The notes: generated by a model not told the origin, from the letters alone. Counted from the stretch's first letter, positions 1-8,700 are shown. The stretch is DNA of 32,000 nucleotides from Archaeoglobus fulgidus DSM 4304 (GCF_000008665.1 NC_000917.1:1110001-1142000), one strand, 5' to 3'. Translations and numbers: made by a program.

Positions 1-1
1 A

Positions 2-781
2 GAAATCAGGATTGTGAAGACTGCAGGGGACATAATGAAGGACAAGCCCCTCTACGAGTTCAAGGGGATGGGGGCCTTTGTCAGGGCTCTGGACACGGCT
101 CTGGCCGAGGGGAAGGTGGACGTGGCTGTCCACAGCTTCAAGGACGTGCCGAGCCAGAGGGTGGAGGGGACAGTTGTTGCCGCGGTGATTGAGAGGGATT
201 CTCCATGTGACGTGCTCATTTCAAGGGACGGAAGCACTCTGGAGGAGCTTGATGAGGGTGCTGTGGTTGGAACCTCAAGTCTTAGAAGGAGGGCACAGCT
301 TTCGAGGCTGAGGGGGGATCTGAGGTTCGAGAATCTCAGGGGAAACCTTGACACAAGGCTGAGGAAGCTGAGAGAGGGCAATTACGACGCTATAGTGGTT
401 GCGGAGGCTGGTTTGAAGAGGCTGGGGCTTGACAGGGAGGTTGAGTATCAGCCCTTCCCGCCTGAGGTGATTGTCCCCCCTGCCAATCAGGGAATAATTG
501 CGATAGCCACGAGGAAGGGTGAGGAGGATCTGGTTGCTTTCCTCAATGACGAGAAGACTTGGCTGGAGGCGATGGTTGAGAGAGCTGTAATAAAGGAGCT
601 TGGTGTTGGCTGCGCTGTTCCGGTAGGTGTTTACGCTGAAGCTCAAAGCAGAGTAAGGCTGATTTGCGAGATTCTTGACAAAAAGTATTTGAGAGTTGAG
701 GAGAAGCTTTCGAAGGATACAGCAGTTGAGGAGGCTGCTGAAATAGGCAAAGATCTCAGGAAGGAGATCTATGGTGGGTAA
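2..781 (+). CDS. hemC: Porphobilinogen deaminase (hydroxymethylbilane synthase); 5' end lies outside the window
   Basis: The frame is open from nt 2 (EIRIVKTAGD...). KTxGD, VHSFKDVP and GTSSLRR motifs are typical of HemC. Stop at 779-781. Confidence 0.9.
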   Translation, partial: EIRIVKTAGDIMKDKPLYEFKGMGAFVRALDTALAEGKVDVAVHSFKDVPSQRVEGTVVAAVIERDSPCDVLISRDGSTLEELDEGAVVGTSSLRRRAQLSRLRGDLRFENLRGNLDTRLRKLREGNYDAIVVAEAGLKRLGLDREVEYQPFPPEVIVPPANQGIIAIATRKGEEDLVAFLNDEKTWLEAMVERAVIKELGVGCAVPVGVYAEAQSRVRLICEILDKKYLRVEEKLSKDTAVEEAAEIGKDLRKEIYGG

Positions 782-1505
782 GGTTTACATCGTTGGGGCG
801 GGGCCCGGAAAGAAGGATTTGCTCACCTTAAGAGCCTACGAGCTCATAAAGAGGGCCGATGTTATTCTGCACGACGAGTTGATAGGGGAGGTTGCTGAGC
901 TACTCAAGGAGAGCAGGGCTGAAATCGTGGATGTGGGAAAGAGGAGCGGAAGGCACAAGAAGAGGCAGGAGGAGATAAACAAACTTCTGGTTGAGTACGC
1001 AAGGCAGGGAAAAACAGTGGTGAGGCTTAAAGGCGGAGACCCCTGCGTTTTTGGAAGGGGTGGGGAGGAAGCAGAGTTTCTGGCAAAGCACGGCATCCCC
1101 TTTGAATTTGTGCCGGGAGTGACTTCAGCCATTGCAGTTCCAGAGGCTGTCGGAATTCCCGTCACCCACCGCCGCTACGACCCTGCCTTGGTGTTTATCA
1201 CTGGAAGGGAGAGCAGGGAGAGGCTGAACTGGAAGGCACTGGCTGAGCTTAACGCCACCATCGTGATTCTAATGGGAGTTTCGAGAATTCCTGAAATAGC
1301 AAAAAATCTTCTTGAGCATGGCAAAGATCCGGAAACGGAGGTGGCTATAATAGAGAGCGGTTTTTCCGACAGGGAGAGGGTTATTTTAACCACTCTCGGG
1401 AAAATGGCCGAAAGGGCTGAGAAGGAAAGAGTTAAGCCTCCAGCAATCATCGTCATAGGCAAGGTTGTGGAGCTTTACGGCGTTTTGTCCAGATGGCTGG
1501 GTTAA
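771..1505 (+). CDS. cobA: Uroporphyrinogen-III C-methyltransferase (SUMT)
   Basis: VYIVGAGPG..LLTLRA, LKGGDPCVFGRGGEE and VPGVTSA motifs of the tetrapyrrole methylase family. The ATG overlaps the hemC 3' end by 11 nt. Confidence 0.9.
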   Translation: MVGKVYIVGAGPGKKDLLTLRAYELIKRADVILHDELIGEVAELLKESRAEIVDVGKRSGRHKKRQEEINKLLVEYARQGKTVVRLKGGDPCVFGRGGEEAEFLAKHGIPFEFVPGVTSAIAVPEAVGIPVTHRRYDPALVFITGRESRERLNWKALAELNATIVILMGVSRIPEIAKNLLEHGKDPETEVAIIESGFSDRERVILTTLGKMAERAEKERVKPPAIIVIGKVVELYGVLSRWLG

Positions 1506-1520
1506 TCTTTTTAAGTTCTG

Positions 1521-2006
1521 GTGGAAATATTAAATATGGCAATAGACCTCTCCGGCGTGGGAACGAAGTATGAAATAGATACTCCCGATGGCAAGGTAGC
1601 GGTCGTTTTTCTTGACACGGGTAAAATACAGCTTTACATTTTGGAAAAAAGTTGTGGCAAGCCGTGCTGCGTAACTCTAACGGCCGAAGAGGCAAGGAGA
1701 GTTGCAAGCGTTCTTTCGGGCTCAATTCTGGAGCGGGAAGAAGAGGGTATGGAACTCTCCCTTCCGGGACTTGCAGAACTTAGAATAGCCGTCCACACCT
1801 ACACAGTTCCGAAGAGGCTGTCAGGGAAGAGCATAGGTGAGCTGGGAATAAGAAGCAAGACAGGAGCAACGGTGATAGCGGTTTTGAAGAAGGAGAAGAC
1901 AATAATCAGCCCCTCTCCAGAAACCGTTCTTGAGCCTGGGGATAAGGTGGTTGTCATAGGTGAGAAGCACCAGATAGAGAACTTCGAGAAGTTCCTCAGG
2001 GATTGA
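1521..2006 (+). CDS. RCK_C/TrkA-C domain protein, likely regulatory subunit of the adjacent cation:proton antiporter (KhtT-like)
   Basis: The C-terminal half (GKSIGELGIRSKTGATVIAVLK...LEPGDKVVVIGEKHQI) looks like a TrkA-C domain. The stop lies 1 nt before the antiporter start. Start is GTG 1521 or ATG 1536, which has GGTGGA 9 nt upstream. Confidence 0.7.
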   Translation: MEILNMAIDLSGVGTKYEIDTPDGKVAVVFLDTGKIQLYILEKSCGKPCCVTLTAEEARRVASVLSGSILEREEEGMELSLPGLAELRIAVHTYTVPKRLSGKSIGELGIRSKTGATVIAVLKKEKTIISPSPETVLEPGDKVVVIGEKHQIENFEKFLRD

Positions 2007-2007
2007 G

Positions 2008-3024
2008 ATGGAGCTTGCCGTAATTGTATTCGCAGCAGCGATTGCAGCGATAATCAGCAGAATGCTCAGGATAACCCCTATACCTGCCTACATACTCGTT
2101 GGAATGGCGCTGGGTAAAGCGGGATGGCATTTGTCCGAAGTAGAGTTTTTGGGGAAGCTCGGAATCGTGTTTCTGCTTTTCTACGTTGGCCTTAAAATTC
2201 CCCCTTCAACAATCAAAAAAACATGGCAGAGAACGCTCAAAAGCGGCACGATAGATTTTCTTTTCAACTTCCTACCACCTTTGGTTCTCCTCTACCTCAT
2301 CGGATTTGATTTAAGGGATGCTTTCATTCTCGCCTCTGCGATTTACATCAGCAGCTCCGCAATAAACCTGAAAATGCTCGTTGACGACAGGAAGCTTGTT
2401 TTCACCTTTGCAGAAGTGGTCGTTCTGCTGATGGTCTTCGAGGACATAGTTCTGGTTGCACTGCTGTTCCTCTTCTCGGCCTCCGAGCCTTTGACTCTCC
2501 TCTACCTCGCTCTGATTGCCCTTACCGCTCTGGCTCTCTACGCAATATCCCCCCAGATCGAGAAGCTGATGAGCAGGGAGGACGAGGTTCCATATCTGCT
2601 GACGTTCTCAATTCCCTCCATATCCCTGTTTCTGGCTGAGAAGTTCAGAATTTCCGAGGCTTTGATGGCAATACTTTTCGGAGTTGCCCTGAACAGGCTC
2701 AGGATAGACAAAATGCTGGTTCCGTTTAAGGAGGTGTTTCTGGCAGTCTTCTTCGTCTTCTTCGGCACGATGGTTGACCTACATTTCTCCTACCTCTCCC
2801 TGCTGCTCATAGCGGTTGCAGTAATCGGCAAGCTAGCGGGAGCCTACTTCATCGCTCGCTTCACCACAAGCAAAAGCGATGCGGTGGAGGTGTTCAAATA
2901 CACGCTTGCAAGGGGCGAGTTTACCGTAATCTTCCCCGCCCTCTTCGCTCCCGAATTTGCGACAACTCTTGCAGCTGTGGTTCTCTTCACGTCAATTGCG
3001 GGCTCTCTGATTGCTAAGCTTTAA
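2008..3024 (+). CDS. Cation:proton antiporter, CPA2/Kef-like (Na+/H+ exchanger family) membrane protein
   Basis: 338-aa polytopic hydrophobic protein with general resemblance to Na+/H+-exchanger family transporters. It is tightly coupled to the upstream RCK_C gene. Confidence 0.7.
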   Translation: MELAVIVFAAAIAAIISRMLRITPIPAYILVGMALGKAGWHLSEVEFLGKLGIVFLLFYVGLKIPPSTIKKTWQRTLKSGTIDFLFNFLPPLVLLYLIGFDLRDAFILASAIYISSSAINLKMLVDDRKLVFTFAEVVVLLMVFEDIVLVALLFLFSASEPLTLLYLALIALTALALYAISPQIEKLMSREDEVPYLLTFSIPSISLFLAEKFRISEALMAILFGVALNRLRIDKMLVPFKEVFLAVFFVFFGTMVDLHFSYLSLLLIAVAVIGKLAGAYFIARFTTSKSDAVEVFKYTLARGEFTVIFPALFAPEFATTLAAVVLFTSIAGSLIAKL

Positions 3025-3343
3025 TCCTCTTTTCCGCTATGTAAATAACCTCGTCATCATCTCCAAGCACGAAGTCCTCAGGAGGATTGGTCAAAACCTC
3101 ACCATCCCTGACGGTTAAGGGAGTTACGTCTCCATAGCCAACTGTCGTGGTCGTGGTTACAGCCCAGTAAAGGGCGTCAAACAAATCCACGCCCTCATAA
3201 AGGTGAAAGATGATTGATGAGACTGCCCAGAGGGTCACGGTGTAGAGTCCCGCGTAAATGAGAATCGCCCTCCTTCGGAGTGAGCGTATAAGCTTTTTAA
3301 CAGCTCTGAGGAGGATAATCTGAATCATATTGCACCAACGCAA
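3014..3343 (-). CDS. Short K+ channel-like ORF (outer helix, pore helix, TVGYGD filter, then an RCK_C-like tail); possibly an in-frame deletion relic
   Basis: Canonical filter TTTTVGYGD follows one TM helix. No inner helix follows the filter; the C-terminus RDGEVLTNPPEDFVLGDDDEVIYIAEK resembles the end of a TrkA-C domain. An alternative start is M6 (3328). Confidence 0.6.
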   Translation of the reverse strand: MRWCNMIQIILLRAVKKLIRSLRRRAILIYAGLYTVTLWAVSSIIFHLYEGVDLFDALYWAVTTTTTVGYGDVTPLTVRDGEVLTNPPEDFVLGDDDEVIYIAEKRIKA

Positions 3344-3378
3344 AAATCCTTTTTAACAGCTTTGGTTAGGTGTAGAGG

Positions 3379-4653
3379 TTGAGAGTTGCGATTGAAACCT
3401 ATGGATGCACAACTAACCAGGCGGATTCGGACATAATGAGGGGTTTTCTGTCAGGGGAGTTTGAGCTATCTTCAGTCGAGGACGCTGAGGTCGTCATCAT
3501 CAACTCTTGCGGAGTTATTGATTTTACCGAGAGAAAAATCATTCGCAGAATGCTGGATTTGAAGAGGGAAGGTAAGAAGGTCGTTCTGGCAGGCTGCCTG
3601 ACGAGGATTAGCAAGGAAGCTCTAAGCGTTGCTGACTCAGCCCTCTCACCCGACAACCTCGATATGGTTGTTGATGCCGTTTACTCCGCCTTAAACGGGC
3701 GAAAGCTTTTCACCGAAAGGAGGTTCATTGATAAGGCTGAATTCTCTCACTTAAAGTGCAGGCTGAGGGAGAATGCTATCGCCATTGTCTCAATCTCCGA
3801 GGGCTGTCTTGGAAAGTGCAGCTTCTGCGCCACGAAGTTTGCGAGGGGAAGGCTGAGAAGCTTCTCCATGGATGCAATCGTGAGGGAGGCGGAAAGGGCT
3901 GTAAGGGCAGGTTACAGGGAGATTCAGCTAACTTCTCAGGACACGGGAGCTTACGGCATGGACAAGGGAAGGGCGATGCTCCCAGAGCTGCTGAGGAAAA
4001 TTTCGGAGATTGAAGGGGAGTTTAGAGTTAGAGTGGGGATGATGAACCCCCAACATGCCGTCAGAATGCTCGATGAGCTGATAAACGCTTACAGCAGCGA
4101 AAAAATCTACAAGTTCCTCCACATCCCCGTTCAGAGCGGGGACAACAGAATTCTGGAGGACATGAAGCGCAATCATACTGTTGAGGACTACGTTGAGGTT
4201 GTTGAAGCCTTCAGAAACTCATTCGATGATGTTTTAATCTCCACCGACATAATAGTAGGCTTTCCAACTGAGACTGAAGAGGCTTTCTGGAAAAGCTACG
4301 AGCTTATAAAAGAAACGAGACCCGACATAGTGAACATCACCCGCTATTCAGCAAGGAAAGGCACTCCTGCGGCAAGGCTGAGGGACATTCCGGGGTGGAT
4401 AAAGAAGGAGAGGTCGAGGAAGCTGACGGATTTGATGAGAAAGATTGGTCTGGAGAACAATAAACGATTTGTTGGGAAAAAGCTCAGAGTTCTGGTCACG
4501 AAGGAGGGCAAAAACGGCAGAAATCTGGCGAGGATGAATTCCTACAGGGCTGTTGTCACCGAGGGAGCGGTGGGGGAGTTTGTTGAGGTAAAGATAAAGG
4601 ACTGCAGGTTCAACTACCTCATAGGCCAGTTAGCTGCAGAACAGCCACAATGA
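3379..4653 (+). CDS. MiaB-like radical-SAM tRNA methylthiotransferase (archaeal/CDKAL1 type)
   Basis: N-terminal VAIETYGCTTNQADS (UPF0004 domain), radical-SAM CLGKCSFC, and a C-terminal TRAM-like segment (KLRVLVTKEG...FVEVKI). TTG start follows AGGTGTAGAGG. Confidence 0.85.
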   Translation: MRVAIETYGCTTNQADSDIMRGFLSGEFELSSVEDAEVVIINSCGVIDFTERKIIRRMLDLKREGKKVVLAGCLTRISKEALSVADSALSPDNLDMVVDAVYSALNGRKLFTERRFIDKAEFSHLKCRLRENAIAIVSISEGCLGKCSFCATKFARGRLRSFSMDAIVREAERAVRAGYREIQLTSQDTGAYGMDKGRAMLPELLRKISEIEGEFRVRVGMMNPQHAVRMLDELINAYSSEKIYKFLHIPVQSGDNRILEDMKRNHTVEDYVEVVEAFRNSFDDVLISTDIIVGFPTETEEAFWKSYELIKETRPDIVNITRYSARKGTPAARLRDIPGWIKKERSRKLTDLMRKIGLENNKRFVGKKLRVLVTKEGKNGRNLARMNSYRAVVTEGAVGEFVEVKIKDCRFNYLIGQLAAEQPQ

Positions 4654-5305
4654 GAGGTGCAAAAATCAGCGCTGGAAGCATGTTCCCCACTCTCAGCTTT
4701 CTGAGCTCAAGGAGGTTTATCCCAATGCCCATTATCAGCAGTCCTCCGGTAGAGGTGAACTCGGCTATAATTCTCTCAGTAACGACGCTGCTGAGCTGTG
4801 CCGCAAGCAATGCGAAAAATCCCTGATATACGAGGATGCTGATGCTTGAGAAAGCAACGCCAATTCCTAAGGCTGATGCGAGGGCAACTGATGCCACACC
4901 GTCGAGCAGAGACTTTGCCATCAGAACCGACATGTCTCCAGTCAGGCCCTCCTGAATGGGGCCGAGAATGGCCATCGGCCCTACGCAGTAAAGCAGAGTT
5001 GCCGCAACAAACCCCTCGGAGAACCTTCCCTTCCCCAATCTGCGCTCAACTCTATCCCCAAAGCTCTGCAAAGCTTTCTCTATTCCCATAACCTCCCCGA
5101 CAGCCGTTCCAGCAACAACGCTGAGCGTGGGAATCAGGACGTTTTTCGTCTCCAAGGCCATGCTAATTCCAATTAAAAGCACCGCCAGACCGAGAACGTT
5201 TATAATAGCCCCCCTAATGCTCTCGCTCAGGCGGGAACCGATGGCGAGGCCGAGGAGTGATGCAAAAACAACTGTTAAAGCGTTGATTAGCGTTCCCGTT
5301 ATCAT
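4619..5305 (-). CDS. DUF554 (YqgA/YdfK-like) membrane protein
   Basis: Matches my recollection of E. coli YqgA along its length: GTLINA, EGLTGD, AKSLLDG, GGLL and NMLPAL blocks. AGGTGATGA lies upstream of the ATG. Confidence 0.85.
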   Translation of the reverse strand: MITGTLINALTVVFASLLGLAIGSRLSESIRGAIINVLGLAVLLIGISMALETKNVLIPTLSVVAGTAVGEVMGIEKALQSFGDRVERRLGKGRFSEGFVAATLLYCVGPMAILGPIQEGLTGDMSVLMAKSLLDGVASVALASALGIGVAFSSISILVYQGFFALLAAQLSSVVTERIIAEFTSTGGLLIMGIGINLLELRKLRVGNMLPALIFAPLIVAVLQLTGL

Positions 5306-5342
5306 TGCCCTAAATCATCACCTGCGATTTAATTCTTTCCTT

Positions 5343-5765
5343 CTACTGACATACGCAGCTTATTTCCGCGTTGAAGAGTGCAATCTCAACACCGCACTCT
5401 CTGACACTGCAGGATGAGCTGCAAAGGCTGCAGGTATTGACAAAGAGAAGAATCATCACCGCTGCAAAAAACAGCAAGATTAATGAGAAGCTTATGTAGT
5501 AAGCCCTAAGCTCCCCATTTTTGGCGAATCTTTCTGTTACGGCTGTAAGTGGGATAGCAGCGATGATGGTGATGGCCAGTGCAGTGATGGCATCAACTGA
5601 GTAGTGAGCTACTCCCTCCTCAATTTTTGCCGAAGTCCACGGGAGCTTTATTCCATTGTGGGCCAGATAAACGCTGGAAATCACGAAAATTCCCAGAGTT
5701 ACGGCTGTTGTTAGAGCAAAAAACGTAGATAATCTGAAAGCCCTGCCCATACACCTTGTTAACAC
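5343..5765 (-). CDS. Hypothetical membrane protein with a Cys-rich C-terminal tail
   Basis: Three hydrophobic helices followed by [31 protein letters not shown]. Start is GTG 5765 or ATG 5750. No family recognised. Confidence 0.5.
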
Positions 5766-5795
5766 ACAAAAATTTAAAATTTTCTAAAAGTAAGG

Positions 5796-6185
5796 CTACC
5801 TCGCATCGAAGTATGACATCTCAACCACGTCACCCTCAATCGTTTCGAGGAAGGCTCCCCTCTTGACCTGTACAAGCCTTCCCAGGCTTTTCGGCTTCAG
5901 CATAAGCCTCACAACTGTAAGCTCGCTCTCCTCTATGTAGCTTGGCGACTGGTAGAAAAGGGACTGGCTCATCACTTCCTTTCCCCTCACCTCTGCTACA
6001 AGTCCGCTTACACCTCTTCCCAAATCATTTATCCTTGCAGGAGTGAGGAAAACGCAGTCTCCCGGTTCGGCCTTTAGTGCAGTTGCAACATTGTGTGCGC
6101 TGCGCAGTTCTATGGTCCTAATGTTCCTTCTCATTAGCTCTTCAATCACGTTTCTCGATATGCCCGTCAGTACCAAACACTTCAT
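5796..6185 (-). CDS. Conserved hypothetical protein (129 aa), family not recognised with certainty
   Basis: Clean ORF lying 4 nt downstream of the PAC2 gene on the same strand. No motif I can name; it may belong to a small archaeal DUF family. Confidence 0.5.
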   Translation of the reverse strand: MKCLVLTGISRNVIEELMRRNIRTIELRSAHNVATALKAEPGDCVFLTPARINDLGRGVSGLVAEVRGKEVMSQSLFYQSPSYIEESELTVVRLMLKPKSLGRLVQVKRGAFLETIEGDVVEMSYFDAR

Positions 6186-6189
6186 GCTA

Positions 6190-6909
6190 TCACCCGTACA
6201 TGGGGAACTCCTCTTTCCTCTCTTCCTGCATCCTTGCCTGCTCAGCCAATTTCTGCATCTGCGCCTCTATCATCTCCGCCTCCTTGAGCAACTTTTCCAC
6301 ACTGACGTTCCAGTTCATTATTTTGTTTACAGCCTCAATCAGGCTAGCAGCAGCCCTGGGATCAGGATTGAAGCCGAGTGTTTCCCCGAGAAGCACAATT
6401 CCGGGCATCTTTGCAGCAACGCACTCGTTCATTATGCTTCCTGCAATTCCTGAAATCGTCCCCGTTTTGAATATCTCCGCGTGGTCTTTAACCTCCTCAA
6501 GAAGCTCCTTGCTCGTAGCAGCAGCGAACACTCTCTTCTTGTCCTCAAAGGTTGCAACTCCGGCAAAGGAGTAAACCCTCCTCGCGTTAATCTCAGCGGC
6601 GAACTGAACGATTTTCTTGCTCATATCGATGGCGGCCTGAGGTATTATGGGTACATCCGAGTGAATGAGAACGAATCCCAAGTCTGCGCTCTGGTAAACT
6701 CTCACAGGCGGCAGAATTACGCCCTCATACAGAGATGCAACTGGAGGGAGGAGCCTCGAATCAACGATGCCTATGGACTCCAGTTTCAGCTCCATTATGT
6801 AGTGTGCGGTGGCTATTGTGCCCACAAGCCCTATTCCCGGAAAGCTCGTTATCAGAATCGGGTTTTCAACATCCACCTTGTCGACAATAATTTCCGTTTC
6901 AAGCTCCAT
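6190..6909 (-). CDS. PAC2-family protein (archaeal proteasome assembly chaperone/activator-like, PbaA/PbaB type)
   Basis: N-terminal ILITSFPGIGLVGTIATAHYI is typical of the PAC2 family. It has a coiled-coil tail and a C-terminal ...FPMYG, which is HbYX-like. Confidence 0.75.
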   Translation of the reverse strand: MELETEIIVDKVDVENPILITSFPGIGLVGTIATAHYIMELKLESIGIVDSRLLPPVASLYEGVILPPVRVYQSADLGFVLIHSDVPIIPQAAIDMSKKIVQFAAEINARRVYSFAGVATFEDKKRVFAAATSKELLEEVKDHAEIFKTGTISGIAGSIMNECVAAKMPGIVLLGETLGFNPDPRAAASLIEAVNKIMNWNVSVEKLLKEAEMIEAQMQKLAEQARMQEERKEEFPMYG

Positions 6910-6934
6910 GCTAAAAATTGGAAAAAGAGGTATA

Positions 6935-8377
6935 TCACTTTTCTGGCGCGACTTTAACCACGTACTTCTGCCCGTCTATCTCAACCTCGAAGCTCCCCTC
7001 AATCTTTCCTCCCGCAACTGGGAACGGCTCCTCGACCATTTCCCCTTTCAGGAATTTCAGGCCGGTTTGCGGGAAGAGTGCGTAGAGCAAAACGTCCTCA
7101 TCGCTGGGATTCTCTATTCCTGCCTCAATGAGTTCCTGCTTCCTCTTCTCGAACTCAGGCTCAAGCAGGTCGGCAGGTCTGCAGTCGATCGGCTTTTCAT
7201 CGCCAAGAATCTTCTTTACAATCTCGGGCTTGATCGGAGCGGGAGTTCTCCCGTACATCCCCTTCACCAAGTCCTTGGTTTCCCTCGTCACGACCTTGTA
7301 CCTCTCCCCCACCAGGACATTAATCACCGCCTGCACGCCTACAATCTGGCTCGTTGGAGTGACGAGCGGCGGATAGCCCAGGTCTTCCCTCACTCTTGGC
7401 ACCTCCTCTAGAACCTCCTGAAGCCTGTCGAGGGCGTTCTGCTCCTGAAGCTGGGCAATAAGGTTGCTGAACATCCCTCCCGGAATCTGGTAAACCAAGA
7501 CTCTCGTGTCAGGAATTGTCGAGAGAGGGTTAAGGTAGCCTGAGTACTTCTCCCTTATCTTCATGAAGTACTCTCTCGCCTCAAGCAGAATATCCAGCTT
7601 CACGCCTGTGTCGTAACCAAGCTCGTTCAGAGCATAGACCATGCTCTCCGTCGGAGGGTGGGAGGTCCCGCTGCTCAGCGGAGACATGCAGGTATCAATC
7701 ATTTCCGCTCCCGCCTCAACGCCCTTCAGCAACGCCATCGAAGCCATCCCGCTCGTGTAGTGTGAGTGGACGTTTATTGGCAGTCCAACCTCCTTCTTCA
7801 GCGCTTTTACAAGCTCGTATGCCATTTTCGGAGAAAGCATCCCCGCCATATCCTTCAGGCAGATGGAATCGACCTCAAGCGCCGCAAGCTCGTTTGCAAT
7901 TTCTACGTACTTCTCCACGGTGTGGACGGGAGAGATGGTGTAGCATATCGTCCCCTGTATGTGGTCCGCATTGTACTTTTTAGCAGCCTTAATGGACGAA
8001 ATCAAATTCCTTACGTCGTTAAGAGCGTCGAAAATTCTGAAAACGTCGAGTCCGTTTTCTATCGTTTTCTGGACAAACTTCTCAACAATATCGTCAGGAT
8101 AGTGGCGGTATCCCACGAGATTTTGCCCTCGAAGCAGCATCTGAAGCTTTGCGTTCTTAACTCTCTTTCTGATTTCTCTCAGCCTCTCCCACGGGTTCTC
8201 GTTTAGAAAGCGGTGGCAGGCGTCAAAGGTTGCACCGCCCCAAACTTCAAGCGAGTAAATTCCCGACTCGTCGAGAGTTTCGAGAATTGGGAGCATGTCT
8301 CTCGTTCTCATTCTTGTGGCAAGCAGGGACTGGTGTCCGTCTCTAAGAGTTAAGTCAACAATTTTTACTTTTGCCAT
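6935..8377 (-). CDS. Carboxyltransferase subunit of the oxaloacetate decarboxylase alpha / pyruvate carboxylase B / transcarboxylase 5S family, without a biotinyl domain
   Basis: N-terminal KIVDLTLRDGHQSLLATRMRT (HMGL-like TIM barrel) followed by a PYC_OADA-type region. The protein ends at 480 aa and contains no xMKM biotinyl-lysine motif. Confidence 0.85.
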   Translation of the reverse strand: MAKVKIVDLTLRDGHQSLLATRMRTRDMLPILETLDESGIYSLEVWGGATFDACHRFLNENPWERLREIRKRVKNAKLQMLLRGQNLVGYRHYPDDIVEKFVQKTIENGLDVFRIFDALNDVRNLISSIKAAKKYNADHIQGTICYTISPVHTVEKYVEIANELAALEVDSICLKDMAGMLSPKMAYELVKALKKEVGLPINVHSHYTSGMASMALLKGVEAGAEMIDTCMSPLSSGTSHPPTESMVYALNELGYDTGVKLDILLEAREYFMKIREKYSGYLNPLSTIPDTRVLVYQIPGGMFSNLIAQLQEQNALDRLQEVLEEVPRVREDLGYPPLVTPTSQIVGVQAVINVLVGERYKVVTRETKDLVKGMYGRTPAPIKPEIVKKILGDEKPIDCRPADLLEPEFEKRKQELIEAGIENPSDEDVLLYALFPQTGLKFLKGEMVEEPFPVAGGKIEGSFEVEIDGQKYVVKVAPEK

Positions 8378-8505
8378 GTCTCAAGCCTGATGGGAAATAC
8401 AAAAATTTTTTGTTTTTAATATTGCTTGCACCTCAAAAGATCAAGATTTACGTTCTTCAGGAAAGTTTATTTAGGTTGATGGCAGTATCAAATCAAGGTG
8501 ATGGT

Positions 8506-8700
8506 ATGAGGGAAATAAAGATAGTTCTGCCGGAGCTGGAAGATGTGGTTCCAGAGGAGTTTTTGGAGCACATGCTGAAGGCGACAAAGGAAATACTGCT
8601 GGCAATGCGGACTTTGATAGATTCAGGTCTTGACAAGATTGAAGCTGTTGAGGAGATAACTAAGGCTAAGAAGGAAATAAAGAAGATCGAGGTCGAGTAG
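8506..8700 (+). CDS. Small acidic helical hypothetical protein (64 aa)
   Basis: ATG 8506 is preceded by AAGGTGATGG. The longer ORF from 8371 would overlap the 6935-8377 start and promoter region. No family recognised. Confidence 0.45.
   Translation: MREIKIVLPELEDVVPEEFLEHMLKATKEILLAMRTLIDSGLDKIEAVEEITKAKKEIKKIEVE

Noticed and set aside
6481-7411. Plus-strand ORFs of 158 and 200 aa across the PAC2/carboxyltransferase junction.
   Set aside because: Both are antisense to two well-supported genes, and no motifs are present.
8371-8505. 5' extension of the small ORF, giving 109 aa from ATG 8371.
   Set aside because: The extension overlaps the start codon and promoter region of the divergent carboxyltransferase gene. 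The internal ATG 8506 has a good GGTGAT SD.
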